43,633 nucleotides of DNA from IMG/VR virus record IMGVR_UViG_2563366881_000003; one strand, 5' to 3'. Below, in pieces: positions 9,096-17,818 of the stretch; position 1 is the first letter of the stretch; each line of letters starts with the position of its first letter. The notes beneath the pieces are model-generated. The model was not told the origin of the DNA, did not search any database, and saw nothing but the letters and a program-made list of their open reading frames with translations. The translations under genes were made by a program, and so were the position numbers. This stretch comes from a virus. Taxonomy: Duplodnaviria; Heunggongvirae; Uroviricota; Caudoviricetes.

Positions 9096-9241
9096 TTAGC
9101 AAATTAATTTATCATCTCGCCGTCAGTTGTTTTGATTTCCGGTAGCCTGCCGCGTAAATGGCTACGTTTGGCAGGCACACAGCACCACCTTCAACTTCCT
9201 TCTAACGCGTTCCTGCAAGCGAAATGGCTCTTGAAACACGT

Positions 9242-9775
9242 TTACTGGCTCCGTCCATGATTTTCATGAAAGCCATATAGTGCATTGGCTTCTTTCCTTG
9301 CTTGTTTGGCATCATCTAAAAGTTTGAATGAGCCTAGGTATTTTCGTTTTCCATCCACAGTTATCGATGCAACATAAAACCCATGCTCTTTTCTTTCTTC
9401 AACACCTGTAACTCCAGTTGATGAAGATGATTTTAAAGGCATGTTTTTCATATTCTCTTTGAAAGAAACGCTTCTTAAATTGGAGATTCTGTTGTCATCC
9501 TTAACGCCGTTTATGTGATCAATCACATCAGGCCAGTAGCCATGCACGTAAAGCCATGCAAGTCTGTGAGACTTAAATTTTTTACCTCCAATATTTATTC
9601 TCAGATAACCCTTGTTGTCAGGTGAGCCAGCCTTTTTACCTGGATACTTCTTGTTCCACGTCAAGGCAGCTCTGTTATCCGCAAACAAATGCTTTGCTCT
9701 CGGCTTCCAATAAAAGTCACCACTCACAGGATTGTAATGAAGAATCTCCCTTACAGACACTTGAGTAAGATCCAC
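9242..9775 (-). CDS. HNH endonuclease with AP2-like DNA-binding domain (paralog 1)
   Basis: Motif HRLAWLYVHG...IDHINGVKDDNRISNLR, C-terminal GV(T/S)... AP2-like segment; paralogous to three other ORFs in the window. Confidence 0.8.
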   Translation of the reverse strand: MDLTQVSVREILHYNPVSGDFYWKPRAKHLFADNRAALTWNKKYPGKKAGSPDNKGYLRINIGGKKFKSHRLAWLYVHGYWPDVIDHINGVKDDNRISNLRSVSFKENMKNMPLKSSSSTGVTGVEERKEHGFYVASITVDGKRKYLGSFKLLDDAKQARKEANALYGFHENHGRSQ

Positions 9776-10017
9776 TTAAACCTCCTAACAAAAACACTTC
9801 AATAACCCTCCGGTTATGGAAATGTTCTTTTGTAGTGAGCAGCATTGCCGTTCATCCTGAACCCGCCGCGCTCCCGACGCATGGTTTAAAGACGCGCCGT
9901 TCGTCTATGGGCTTATGATGTACTTAAAGTTCATTAATGTAAAGTACAAATAGTACATTTTATGGGTATAAAAAGCTCACTACATCATAAGTTAGTGAAC
10001 TTTAAGGAAATTTATTT

Positions 10018-10725
10018 TTATCCGAATCGCTTGTAATCGATTGACTGCCTAATGAGGACTTTGGCTAGAATGTGAAGTTGCTCTTCTTCACCTTCTTCTA
10101 TGTACCATCGATCATAAGCGGCATTGTCAGAGATGACGGCAAGCCTGTTCTTTTGCATTTGCAGGCGCTTAACGTGCATTGTTTTCCCGTATACAAACAC
10201 ATAAATGCCATCGCCATCAAAATAGGTTATGGATACATCAACAAAGATCTCATCTCCCGGATTGATGGTTCCCTCCATGCTGTCACCGCGAACCGTGATG
10301 ACTTTTACGCTTTCCTGTGGCCTTCCATTAAATAAAATTCTTGCCTGCTCGGGCGTATATTCAATTGCTCTTATCTTTTCTATAAATTCATTGGAAACCA
10401 TGGTTCCTGGCCCGGCGCTCGCCTGAACATCCAATACATCAACACGATAAGAATCATTTGATCTTGATAGATGATTTACCGTGATACCGTCATAATCAGC
10501 ATAGCCATGCAGATATGCAGCAGTAGTTCCCAGCACCGAAGCCAGAGATTCCATCTTGTCTTTTCTTGGTATTGACTCCCCGTTGAACCATTTACTAATG
10601 GCTTTTGGTGTGACCTTAAGCCTGACAGCTAAATCAGCCTGCCTACCATGCAAAGGTAATCCCGCTTTATCACAGGCCAGCGCAAGCCTCTGCGAGAAAG
10701 TTTCACGCTCTTTCTGTTGAACCAT
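10018..10725 (-). CDS. cI: CI-type prophage repressor (HTH plus S24 LexA-like peptidase domain)
   Basis: C-terminal GDSMEGTINPGDEIFVD ... HVKRL (Ser/Lys dyad); start at MVQQKE (ATG 10725) lies inside an operator palindrome with no SD, consistent with a leaderless transcript. Confidence 0.8.
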   Translation of the reverse strand: MVQQKERETFSQRLALACDKAGLPLHGRQADLAVRLKVTPKAISKWFNGESIPRKDKMESLASVLGTTAAYLHGYADYDGITVNHLSRSNDSYRVDVLDVQASAGPGTMVSNEFIEKIRAIEYTPEQARILFNGRPQESVKVITVRGDSMEGTINPGDEIFVDVSITYFDGDGIYVFVYGKTMHVKRLQMQKNRLAVISDNAAYDRWYIEEGEEEQLHILAKVLIRQSIDYKRFG

Positions 10726-10733
10726 AAGTTCAA
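10717..10733. promoter_or_regulatory. Operator (OR3/OR2-like) palindrome TTGAACcataaGTTCAA overlapping the cI start codon
   Basis: 17-bp site with perfect 6-bp inverted half-sites; a second copy occurs 57 bp away. Confidence 0.6.
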
Positions 10734-10745
10734 CTATATTAGGTA

Positions 10746-10790
10746 TTGACTGTACTATCAGTTCCGTCATAATATGAACCATAAGTTCAC
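10746..10790 (+). promoter_or_regulatory. pR-like promoter (TTGACT-16/17-CATAAT) with OR1-like operator TGAACcataaGTTCA at 10775-10789
   Basis: Consensus-like sigma70 hexamers upstream of cro; operator palindrome overlaps the transcription start region. Confidence 0.6.
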
Positions 10791-10804
10791 CACAGGAGAG
10801 AAGC

Positions 10805-11035
10805 ATGAACGAAGTTACGTTTGGAGAAGTTATCAAATCCGTTCGAGTTTCTGTTGTGGCTGATGTTTGTGGACTTACGCCAAAAGCCATCTATAAGTGG
10901 CTTGAGCGTGGTTCTCTGCCGCGTACCGAGTTCACTGGTGAAACCGAATATGCGGATAAGATCGCCAAGGCATCAGGCGGCAAGTACTCAGCAGCACAGA
11001 TTCGCCGTATCGGTAAACAGCAGTTTGTTATGTAA
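10805..11035 (+). CDS. cro: Cro-like repressor
   Basis: 76-aa HTH-like protein divergent from cI, SD AGGAGAG upstream. Confidence 0.7.
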   Translation: MNEVTFGEVIKSVRVSVVADVCGLTPKAIYKWLERGSLPRTEFTGETEYADKIAKASGGKYSAAQIRRIGKQQFVM

Positions 11036-11156
11036 TAAAAATGTACTTTTAGTACCGAACGGCCCGGTATACGGTCGGGTGCCCGGCGTGGTCAAGGATG
11101 ACTGTCAATGGTGCACGATAAAAACCCAAATTATTTACCTATGGAGATAGTAAGAA

Positions 11157-11453
11157 ATGACACAAGCAAGTTACAGCAAGCCAACACAGCGAGAAATTGA
11201 TCGCGCTGAAACTGATTTACTCATCAACCTGTCAACGCTTACCCAGCGCGGTCTGGCAAAGATGATTGGCTGTCATGAATCGAAGATAAGCAGAACGGAC
11301 TGGAGATTTATTGCTTCGGTCTTGTGTGCTTTCGGAATGGCATCAGACATCAGTCCGATTAGCAGGGCTTTTAAGTATGCGCTTGATGAAATCACAAAGA
11401 AAAAATCCCCGGTGGCCGCCGGGGACTCTAAGCAAATTGATATGCAATTCTGA
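11157..11453 (+). CDS. cII: CII-like transcriptional activator
   Basis: C-terminus KKKSPVAAGDSKQIDMQF resembles recalled lambda CII C-terminus (KKRPAATERSEQIQMEF); HTH GLAKMIGCHESKISR. Confidence 0.8.
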   Translation: MTQASYSKPTQREIDRAETDLLINLSTLTQRGLAKMIGCHESKISRTDWRFIASVLCAFGMASDISPISRAFKYALDEITKKKSPVAAGDSKQIDMQF

Positions 11454-11478
11454 GGGAATTACTGGATCAATCCACAGG
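11398..11478 (-). ncRNA. oop-like antisense RNA (candidate)
   Basis: Minus-strand hairpin TCCCCGGcggccaCCGGGGA followed by T6 inside the 3-prime end of cII, with a CATAAT-like -10 about 77 nt upstream; mirrors lambda oop. Confidence 0.4.
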
Positions 11479-11485
11479 AGTCATT

Positions 11486-11647
11486 ATGACAAAACGTCGT
11501 AAGAAATACCAGGAAAAAGAAGAGATTCGACACCCTGATTCACCTGAGGGATTAGTGGTAGCCGCAGCAAATAACAGGGCGTTCGCAGAGCGCCTTGTTG
11601 GTGTTTACAGACTAGCCAAAGCAGGAGTGAAACATGGGCGTCGTTAA
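11486..11647 (+). CDS. Small basic protein, 53 aa, at the cII-O junction
   Basis: ATG with GGAG 7 nt upstream; translated by hand; absent from the 60-aa-minimum ORF track. Confidence 0.4.
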   Translation: MTKRRKKYQEKEEIRHPDSPEGLVVAAANNRAFAERLVGVYRLAKAGVKHGRR

Positions 11648-12464
11648 GTTAGCTGATTACAGGCCTCAACTGGAGGTCGTGGAGCATCGCGTGGCAGAAC
11701 TCGAAGATGGCTACACTCGGACTGCAAACACACTGTTAGAAGCCGCCATGCTTTCTGGACTTACTCTACATCAGTTACTGATTGTTATGGCTGTGTGGCG
11801 CAAGACATACGGTTACAACAAAAAAATAGATTGGATCGGAAACGAACAGTTCGCTGAACTCACTGGCATGGCACCAACCAAATGCTCTACCGCCAAAAAC
11901 GAGCTTATCAGAATGGGAGTTCTCATTCAGGTGGGGCGTCAAGTTGGTATGAATACAAACATTTCCGAGTGGAAAACGAAAGTTAACGGATTCGGTAAAA
12001 CATTTACTAATTCAGTAAAACAAACCTTCACTAAATCGGTAAAAAGCAATTTACCGAATCAGTCAAACACAAAAGACAATATACAAAAGACAATAAATAC
12101 AAATACCCCCTTACCCCCTAACGGGGGCGGCGATGGGAAGGTTAAACCTGAACGTCGCAAGGCAGAACGCATCGACTACGAATCCTTCCTGAACGCCTAC
12201 AACACCGAAGTCGGTGACAGACTGCCACACGCTGTTGCGGTCAACGAGAAACGCAAACGCCGCCTGAAGAAAATCATCCCGCAACTGAAAACGCCAAACG
12301 TGGACGGTTTCAGAGCGTATGTCAGGGCGTTTGTGCATCAGGCCAAGCCGTTTTACTTCGGAGACAACGACACGGGCTGGACGGCCGATTTTGATTACCT
12401 GTTGAGGGAAGATTCGTTAACGGGAGTACGGGAAGGGAAGTTTGCAGACAGGGGGATTGCATGA
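11634..12464 (+). CDS. Replication initiator, lambda O / P22 gp18-like
   Basis: N-terminal region resembles recalled lambda O (…[15 protein letters not shown]…WRKTYGYNK…); internal iteron/AT-rich origin. Confidence 0.8.
   Translation: MGVVKLADYRPQLEVVEHRVAELEDGYTRTANTLLEAAMLSGLTLHQLLIVMAVWRKTYGYNKKIDWIGNEQFAELTGMAPTKCSTAKNELIRMGVLIQVGRQVGMNTNISEWKTKVNGFGKTFTNSVKQTFTKSVKSNLPNQSNTKDNIQKTINTNTPLPPNGGGDGKVKPERRKAERIDYESFLNAYNTEVGDRLPHAVAVNEKRKRRLKKIIPQLKTPNVDGFRAYVRAFVHQAKPFYFGDNDTGWTADFDYLLREDSLTGVREGKFADRGIA
11995..12120 (+). repeat. Replication origin: iterons TC(G/A)GTAAAA at 12001, 12021 and 12045 plus AT-rich tract, inside the O-like gene
   Basis: Three direct repeats and one inverted partial copy followed by an A/T-rich stretch, as in ori-lambda. 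Confidence 0.6.
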
Positions 12465-13837
12465 GACAGGATATCGAAGCTAGCGTTATCGGTGGCCTGC
12501 TGATTGGTGGATTAACACCAACCGCCAGCGACGTTCTGGCAACGCTGGAGCCGGAAGCGTTTTCAATTCCGCTCTACCGGAAAGCCTTCGAGGTTATCCG
12601 CAAGCAGGCGCGAAACAGAAACCTAATCGACGCGCTGATGGTTGCCGAGGCGTGCGGAGAGGAGCATTTCACGTCAATCCTGATGACCAGCAAAAACTGC
12701 CCGAGTGCCGCAAACCTGAAGGGATATGCCGGAATGGTCGCGGATAACTATCACCGCCGTCTGGTGCTGGAAATCATGGATGAAATGCGTGAACCAATTC
12801 AGAGCGGAACCATCGACGCATCGAGTCAAGCGATGGATGAGCTTGTAAAGCGTCTCTCAGCCATCAGAAAGCCCCGTGGCGAGGTTAAACCTGTACGGTT
12901 AGGTGAAATCATCACTGACTACACTGACACGCTTGACAGGCGTCTGAGGAACGGAGAAGAGTCAGATACCCTGAAGACCGGAATCGAAGAACTTGATGCC
13001 ATCACCGGAGGGATGAACGCGGAAGACCTGGTGATAATCGCTGCTCGTCCTGGTATGGGGAAAACCGAGCTGGCGCTGAAGATTGCCGAAGGCGTGGCAA
13101 GTCGTGTTATTCCTGGTTCTGACGTCCGGCGCGGAGTATTGATTTTCTCGATGGAAATGAGCGCATTGCAGATTGCAGAGCGAAGCATTGCCAACGCCGG
13201 GAGGATGTCGGTTAGCGTGCTGCGAAATCCTGCATCGATGGATGACGAAGGCTGGGCACGTGTTGCTAACGGCATGAGTCAGCTTGCAGATTTGGATGTA
13301 TGGGTAGTCGATGCCTCGCGGTTATCGGTCGAAGAAATTCGCTCAATCGCAGAACGGCACAAACAGGAAAATCCAAACCTGTCACTCATCATGGCGGATT
13401 ATCTTGGCCTGATTGAGAAGCCGAAAGCAGATCGCAACGACCTCGCAATTGCTCACATCTCCGGAAGCCTGAAGGCGATGGCGAAAGACCTGAAAACACC
13501 GGTTATCTCCCTGAGTCAGCTTTCGCGCGATGTTGAGAAGCGACCAAATAAACGCCCGACAAACGCAGATTTGCGTGATTCAGGAAGCATTGAGCAGGAC
13601 GCAGACTCAATCATCATGCTCTATCGGGAAGCGGTATATGACGAGAACAGTAGCGCCGCGCCATTTGCTGAAATCATTGTGACGAAAAACCGTTTTGGCT
13701 CACTTGGTACGGTTTACCAGCGATTCTGTAACGGACACTTTGTTGCATGTGACCAGGATGAAGCCAGACAGATTTGCATAGCATCAAATGCACCTGCTTC
13801 GCGTGGCAGACGATATGCACAAGGGGCTGACGTATGA
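12461..13837 (+). CDS. Replicative DNA helicase, DnaB family (P22 gp12-like)
   Basis: 458 aa with Walker [13 protein letters not shown] and DnaB C-terminal motifs. Confidence 0.9.
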   Translation: MRQDIEASVIGGLLIGGLTPTASDVLATLEPEAFSIPLYRKAFEVIRKQARNRNLIDALMVAEACGEEHFTSILMTSKNCPSAANLKGYAGMVADNYHRRLVLEIMDEMREPIQSGTIDASSQAMDELVKRLSAIRKPRGEVKPVRLGEIITDYTDTLDRRLRNGEESDTLKTGIEELDAITGGMNAEDLVIIAARPGMGKTELALKIAEGVASRVIPGSDVRRGVLIFSMEMSALQIAERSIANAGRMSVSVLRNPASMDDEGWARVANGMSQLADLDVWVVDASRLSVEEIRSIAERHKQENPNLSLIMADYLGLIEKPKADRNDLAIAHISGSLKAMAKDLKTPVISLSQLSRDVEKRPNKRPTNADLRDSGSIEQDADSIIMLYREAVYDENSSAAPFAEIIVTKNRFGSLGTVYQRFCNGHFVACDQDEARQICIASNAPASRGRRYAQGADV

Positions 13838-13909
13838 CCATCTACATCACTGAGCTTGTAACAGGCCTGCTGGTAATCGCAGGCCTTTTTATTTGGGGGA
13901 GGGTAAATC

Positions 13910-14116
13910 GTGGCTGAGTTAATTTTCTCTGCATTGAGGCTTCTCGGTGCTATGTGGATGGTGGCGACGTTCATTGTGGTTGTCGGAAGTTTTGTCCGGT
14001 TGGTAGGCGAAGGTAAAGACCTGGTGGGTGTGCTGTTCGGTAGCATTCTCCTGTGGGTGATTATCGGTGTTATGCCTGTCGCTGTAGCAAAAATGGCGTG
14101 GCGTTTTGTGAGTTGA
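13910..14116 (+). CDS. Small membrane protein (68 aa, GTG start)
   Basis: Two hydrophobic helices; ORF only. Confidence 0.4.
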   Translation: MAELIFSALRLLGAMWMVATFIVVVGSFVRLVGEGKDLVGVLFGSILLWVIIGVMPVAVAKMAWRFVS

Positions 14117-14133
14117 ACTGAGGGTAAGTATCG

Positions 14134-14415
14134 ATGGACGAATCAAGAAAGCAGTTTGAAAGCGTAATAGGCGGAAAATGCTGGTCTGTTCAGAGAACCG
14201 ATAGCGGGGATTATGTGCATGAAAGAGTTCATTTGATGTGGATGGCGTGGAGAGAGTCTCGCTCAGCTATCGAGATTGAATTGCCAGCAAAAAATGATAT
14301 CTCCAGCGATGACTACCCCATTCATGACCTGGTTGATTGGGATGATGGAAGAAACGCTGGAATTCAGGAATGTGCAGAAGCCATCCGCGCTGCTGGAATC
14401 AAAGTGAAGGAGTGA
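14134..14415 (+). CDS. Hypothetical nin-region protein, 93 aa
   Basis: ORF only. Confidence 0.45.
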   Translation: MDESRKQFESVIGGKCWSVQRTDSGDYVHERVHLMWMAWRESRSAIEIELPAKNDISSDDYPIHDLVDWDDGRNAGIQECAEAIRAAGIKVKE

Positions 14416-14417
14416 GC

Positions 14418-14603
14418 ATGAGTCGACGAAGTAGCTTTTTGGGGTTTGTAATATTCCTGTCCTGTACTGGTTACATCGTAATCTGGTCAATTTCGAACAT
14501 TGACCGTGGCGGGGAATATCTCATTGTAATGTTCTTTCCTTTGTTTCTTGGGTGGTACGCCGCAAGGTTGCTGGAAGAATGGGTTTACAGGCATAAAAAA
14601 TAA
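14418..14603 (+). CDS. Small membrane protein, 61 aa
   Basis: Internal Met MSRRSSFLGFVIFLSCTGYIVIW of ORF 14370..14603. Confidence 0.4.
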   Translation: MSRRSSFLGFVIFLSCTGYIVIWSISNIDRGGEYLIVMFFPLFLGWYAARLLEEWVYRHKK

Positions 14604-14614
14604 AGGAGTATTCA

Positions 14615-15025
14615 GTGAAGCAAACAATCTTCCTCAGAACTAAGCAACAACAGTAAGCCGCAATCAACGCCATCCTCGCAACACCACTCGATAAAGACAA
14701 GCCAGTCACCATCCGCATTACTGACTACAAGCGCAACCTTGACCAGAACGCAAAATTTCACGCGATGGTCGCAGATATCGCCAGGCAAGTTCAGTGGCGC
14801 GATAAATGGTTAAAACCAGAACAATGGAAGGTTTTGTTGATAAGCGGTCATGCAGTGGCAACAAAGCAGGAAGCTGATGTTTTGCCCGGGCTTGAAGGCG
14901 AATACGTCAACATTCGCGAAAGCAGCGCGCAGATGAGTGTGAAGCGTATGGCAAGTCTGATTGAGTACACGACAGCATGGGCTATTGGTCAGGGTGTCAG
15001 ATTTACCGACAGGAGGTACGAATGA
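14615..15025 (+). pseudogene. ninB: ninB (recombination protein NinB/Orf) interrupted by an in-frame TAA at 14654-14656
   Basis: GTG 14615 with AGGAG upstream encodes MKQTIFLRTKQQQ, then TAA, then the same frame continues AAINAILATPLDKDK...NLDQNAKFHAMVADIARQVQWRDKWL matching recalled lambda NinB across the stop; codons checked by hand. Confidence 0.7.
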
Positions 15026-15198
15026 GACGACAGCGACGAAGTTTCACCGACATCATCTGCGAAAACTGCAAATACCTTCCAACGAAACGCTCCAGAAATA
15101 AACGCAAGCCAATCCCAAAAGAATCTGACGTAAAAACCTTCAACTACACGGCTCACCTGTGGGATATCCGGTGGCTAAGACATCGTGCGAGGAAATGA
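15022..15198 (+). CDS. NinD/NinE-like small basic protein
   Basis: 58 aa [22 protein letters not shown]...; start overlaps ninB stop (ATGA). Confidence 0.55.
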   Translation: MRRQRRSFTDIICENCKYLPTKRSRNKRKPIPKESDVKTFNYTAHLWDIRWLRHRARK

Positions 15199-15575
15199 CA
15201 ATGGATTATTCACAGTTAAGTGATTTTGAAATTAACTTAAAAGTCGCGCATATCGTGCTAGGAAAAAACAATTACGACTGGGATCCAGAAAAGAAAGAAG
15301 TTTACTTGGCTGGAATTGATGGTGGTGAGTTTTTGCCTTGCGGATATTTTGACCCATGTAATATGGCCGCTGACGCATATCCGATCATCACTGAAAACAA
15401 AATTAGCACCATGTGGATGACAGCGGAAAAAGAATGGTGCGCATGGTCAGGAGGTGATTTAGAGGAAGGTTGTTGGGAATGGGAAAATATTCCTGACTAC
15501 TGCTTCTGCGGTGAATCGCCTCTCCGCGCCGCCATGATTGTATTTCTCATGATGCAGGACGCCAATAATGCTTAG
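15195..15575 (+). CDS. Hypothetical nin-region protein, 126 aa
   Basis: Internal Met MTMDYSQ; start overlaps upstream stop (ATGA). Confidence 0.5.
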   Translation: MTMDYSQLSDFEINLKVAHIVLGKNNYDWDPEKKEVYLAGIDGGEFLPCGYFDPCNMAADAYPIITENKISTMWMTAEKEWCAWSGGDLEEGCWEWENIPDYCFCGESPLRAAMIVFLMMQDANNA

Positions 15576-15744
15576 CCCATCCCAATCCCTTCAATACCAG
15601 AAAGAAAGCGTCGAGCGAGCTTTAACGTGCGCTAACTGCGGTCAGAAGCTGCATGTGCTGGAAGTTCACGTGTGCTCCGATTGCTGCGCAGAACTGATGA
15701 GCGATCCGAATAGCTCAATGTACGAGGAAGAAGACGATGAATGA
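15568..15744 (+). CDS. ninF: NinF-like protein
   Basis: 58 aa [30 protein letters not shown]... matches recalled lambda NinF; hand-translated. Confidence 0.65.
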   Translation: MLSPSQSLQYQKESVERALTCANCGQKLHVLEVHVCSDCCAELMSDPNSSMYEEEDDE

Positions 15745-16459
15745 GTTAATAAATGGCAATGCCATCAAAATGACAAGCATTGAAATCGCTGAGTTGGTTG
15801 GTAAGCGTCATGACAATGTGAAACGTACCATCGAAACGCTGGCTAAAAATGGTGTTATCCGGCTTCCTCAAATTGAGGTTTCCGAAAGAATCAATAACTT
15901 AGGGTTCAATGTTCAGTACGAGTATTACGTCTTCGAAGGCGAACAAGGAAAGCGAGACAGTATTGTCGTTGTAGCCCAGTTGTCGCCGGAATTCACCGCT
16001 CGTCTTGTTGACCGTTGGCGAGAGCTTGAAGAAGCTGCGGTTAATATCCCCAAAACGCTACCAGAAGCGTTGCGCCTTGCTGCTGATCTTGCTGAGCAGA
16101 AAATGCAACTGGAAAACCAGCTCGCAATTGCCGCACCTAAAGTTGAGTTTGCCGATCGCGTTGGCGAGGCCAGCGGAATTTTGATTGGAAACTTTGCAAA
16201 GGTTGTTGGAATTGGTCCAAACAAACTGTTTGCGTGGATGCGCGATCACAAAATCCTTATTGCTTCAGGTTCCCGGCGCAATGTGCCAATGCAGGAATAT
16301 ATGGATCGCGGCTATTTCACAGTGAAAGAAACAGCGGTCAACACAAATCACGGGATACAGATATCGTTCACCACAAAAATCACCGGGCGTGGTCAACAGT
16401 GGCTGACCAGAAAGCTGCTCGATAACGGAATGCTGAAAGTAACAGGGGAGGCTGCTTAA
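15737..16459 (+). CDS. Rha-family phage regulatory protein / antirepressor-like (KilAC-type C-terminal domain)
   Basis: N-terminal motif SIEIAELVGKRHDNVKRTIETL typical of Rha; 240 aa. Confidence 0.65.
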   Translation: MNELINGNAIKMTSIEIAELVGKRHDNVKRTIETLAKNGVIRLPQIEVSERINNLGFNVQYEYYVFEGEQGKRDSIVVVAQLSPEFTARLVDRWRELEEAAVNIPKTLPEALRLAADLAEQKMQLENQLAIAAPKVEFADRVGEASGILIGNFAKVVGIGPNKLFAWMRDHKILIASGSRRNVPMQEYMDRGYFTVKETAVNTNHGIQISFTTKITGRGQQWLTRKLLDNGMLKVTGEAA

Positions 16460-16749
16460 TGGCTAATCTACGCAAAGAAGCACGCGGCAGAGAATGCCAG
16501 GTACGTATTTACGGCGTATGCAATGGCAATCCTGAAACTACAGTTCTGGCACATTACCGGATGGCTGGAATTTGCGGAACGGGAATGAAGCCTGACGACC
16601 TGATCGGCGCATGGGCTTGTAGCGCGTGTCACGATGAAATCGACCGACGCACCTATAATCTCGACAACAAAGACGCCAGACTTTACCACCTCGAAGGCGT
16701 GATCAGGACGCAGGCGATACTGCTGAAGGAGGGGAAGATTAAGTCATGA
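16459..16749 (+). CDS. DUF1364 / YbcO-like putative zinc-binding nuclease
   Basis: 96 aa, motif ARGRECQVRIYGVCNGNPETTVLAH...CSACHDEIDRR recalled from DLP12 YbcO. Confidence 0.6.
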   Translation: MANLRKEARGRECQVRIYGVCNGNPETTVLAHYRMAGICGTGMKPDDLIGAWACSACHDEIDRRTYNLDNKDARLYHLEGVIRTQAILLKEGKIKS

Positions 16750-17270
16750 ACGGTAAAAGATATCCAACACAAAAAGAAATCAATGAATTGTATGAATATA
16801 ATAGCGAAACAGGTTTGTTTATATACAAGAGAAGAGAAAGTGTAAGAGAGTGCTGGAATTCAACATATGCCGGTAAGATTGCTGGTTCTATAGATGAAAA
16901 AGGATACGTTCGTATATCTGTAAATAAAAAAGTTTGTCGAGCTCATAGAATCGCATGGATATCCTTTTATGGAAGTGAACCTGATGGGGAAATTGACCAC
17001 ATAAATGGAGTTAAAAGCGATAACAGAATATGCAATTTGCGCGTTGTAGATGATAAACAGAACTCAAGGAACAGAAAAAAGCCTATTAATAATCGCTCTG
17101 GAGTAATGGGGGTTGCCTACTATAAGAAGAATAAAAAGTGGGGCGCATATATAAACAGTGATAATAAAAAGATATTTCTTGGATTATACGATGACATATC
17201 TCTAGCCGTTAATGCCAGAAAATTGGCGGAATCACGATTGGGGTATCACCATAATCATGGGAGAGGATAA
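16746..17270 (+). CDS. HNH endonuclease with AP2-like domain (paralog 2)
   Basis: HRIAWISFYG...IDHINGVKSDNRICNLR; inserted between the ybcO-like gene and rusA. Confidence 0.8.
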   Translation: MNGKRYPTQKEINELYEYNSETGLFIYKRRESVRECWNSTYAGKIAGSIDEKGYVRISVNKKVCRAHRIAWISFYGSEPDGEIDHINGVKSDNRICNLRVVDDKQNSRNRKKPINNRSGVMGVAYYKKNKKWGAYINSDNKKIFLGLYDDISLAVNARKLAESRLGYHHNHGRG

Positions 17271-17633
17271 ATGGCAGAATACAGATTCACACTTCCGTAC
17301 CCACCGTCGCTGAACACCTACTGGCGAAGACGGGGAAGCCAATACTACATCAGCGATAAAGGCCAGAAATACCGAAAAGACGTTCAGCAAATCATCCGCC
17401 AACTCAAGTTAGACATTTTCACCAAATCACGACTACGAATCAAAGTCATCGCAGACGTTCCAGACTCCCGCCGCCGCGACCTCGACAACATTCTTAAAGG
17501 TTTACTCGACCCCCTTATCCACGCCGGATTTGCGGAAGACGACGAGCAATTCGATGACATTCGCGTAATTCGTGGCGTGAAAGTACCAGGCGGAAGGCCT
17601 GGAATAAAAATCACCGAACTGGAGAACGTATGA
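17271..17633 (+). CDS. rusA: Holliday junction resolvase RusA
   Basis: 120 aa MAEYRFTLPYPPSLNTYWRRRG... with DLDN motif. Confidence 0.85.
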   Translation: MAEYRFTLPYPPSLNTYWRRRGSQYYISDKGQKYRKDVQQIIRQLKLDIFTKSRLRIKVIADVPDSRRRDLDNILKGLLDPLIHAGFAEDDEQFDDIRVIRGVKVPGGRPGIKITELENV

Positions 17634-17818
17634 ACGCCACAATTCAAACGATACCAGAGCTTCTTATCCAGACACGAGGCAATCAGACCGAAGTGGCGAG
17701 GATGCTTTCCTGCGCAAGAGGAACAGTGCTCAAGTACAACCGAGACAGCAAAGGTGAGCGTCACGTAATAGTTAACGGCGTCCTGATGGTCAAACAGGGC
17801 AAGAGGGGAAGACGATGA
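17630..17818 (+). CDS. ninH: NinH-like protein
   Basis: YGNQTEVARMLSCARGTVLKY matches recalled lambda NinH (YGNQTEVARRLKCSRGTVRKY). Confidence 0.75.
   Translation: MNATIQTIPELLIQTRGNQTEVARMLSCARGTVLKYNRDSKGERHVIVNGVLMVKQGKRGRR

Noticed and set aside
9242-9775. HNH genes as IscB-like RNA-guided nucleases with an adjacent guide RNA
   Set aside because: All four proteins are about 170 aa with HNH plus AP2-like domains only and lack any RuvC segments; they look like homing endonucleases.
10726-10890. N-terminal extension of cI to 290 aa as given in the ORF track
   Set aside because: The extension covers the pR promoter and operators and would overlap cro; the conserved HTH begins after Met at 10725.
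12919-13275. 118-aa minus-strand ORF inside the DnaB-like helicase gene
   Set aside because: Antisense to a high-confidence gene; Ser/Pro/Arg-rich.
13835-13918. 27-aa ORF ([27 protein letters not shown]) overlapping the helicase stop
   Set aside because: Too short to support without conservation evidence.
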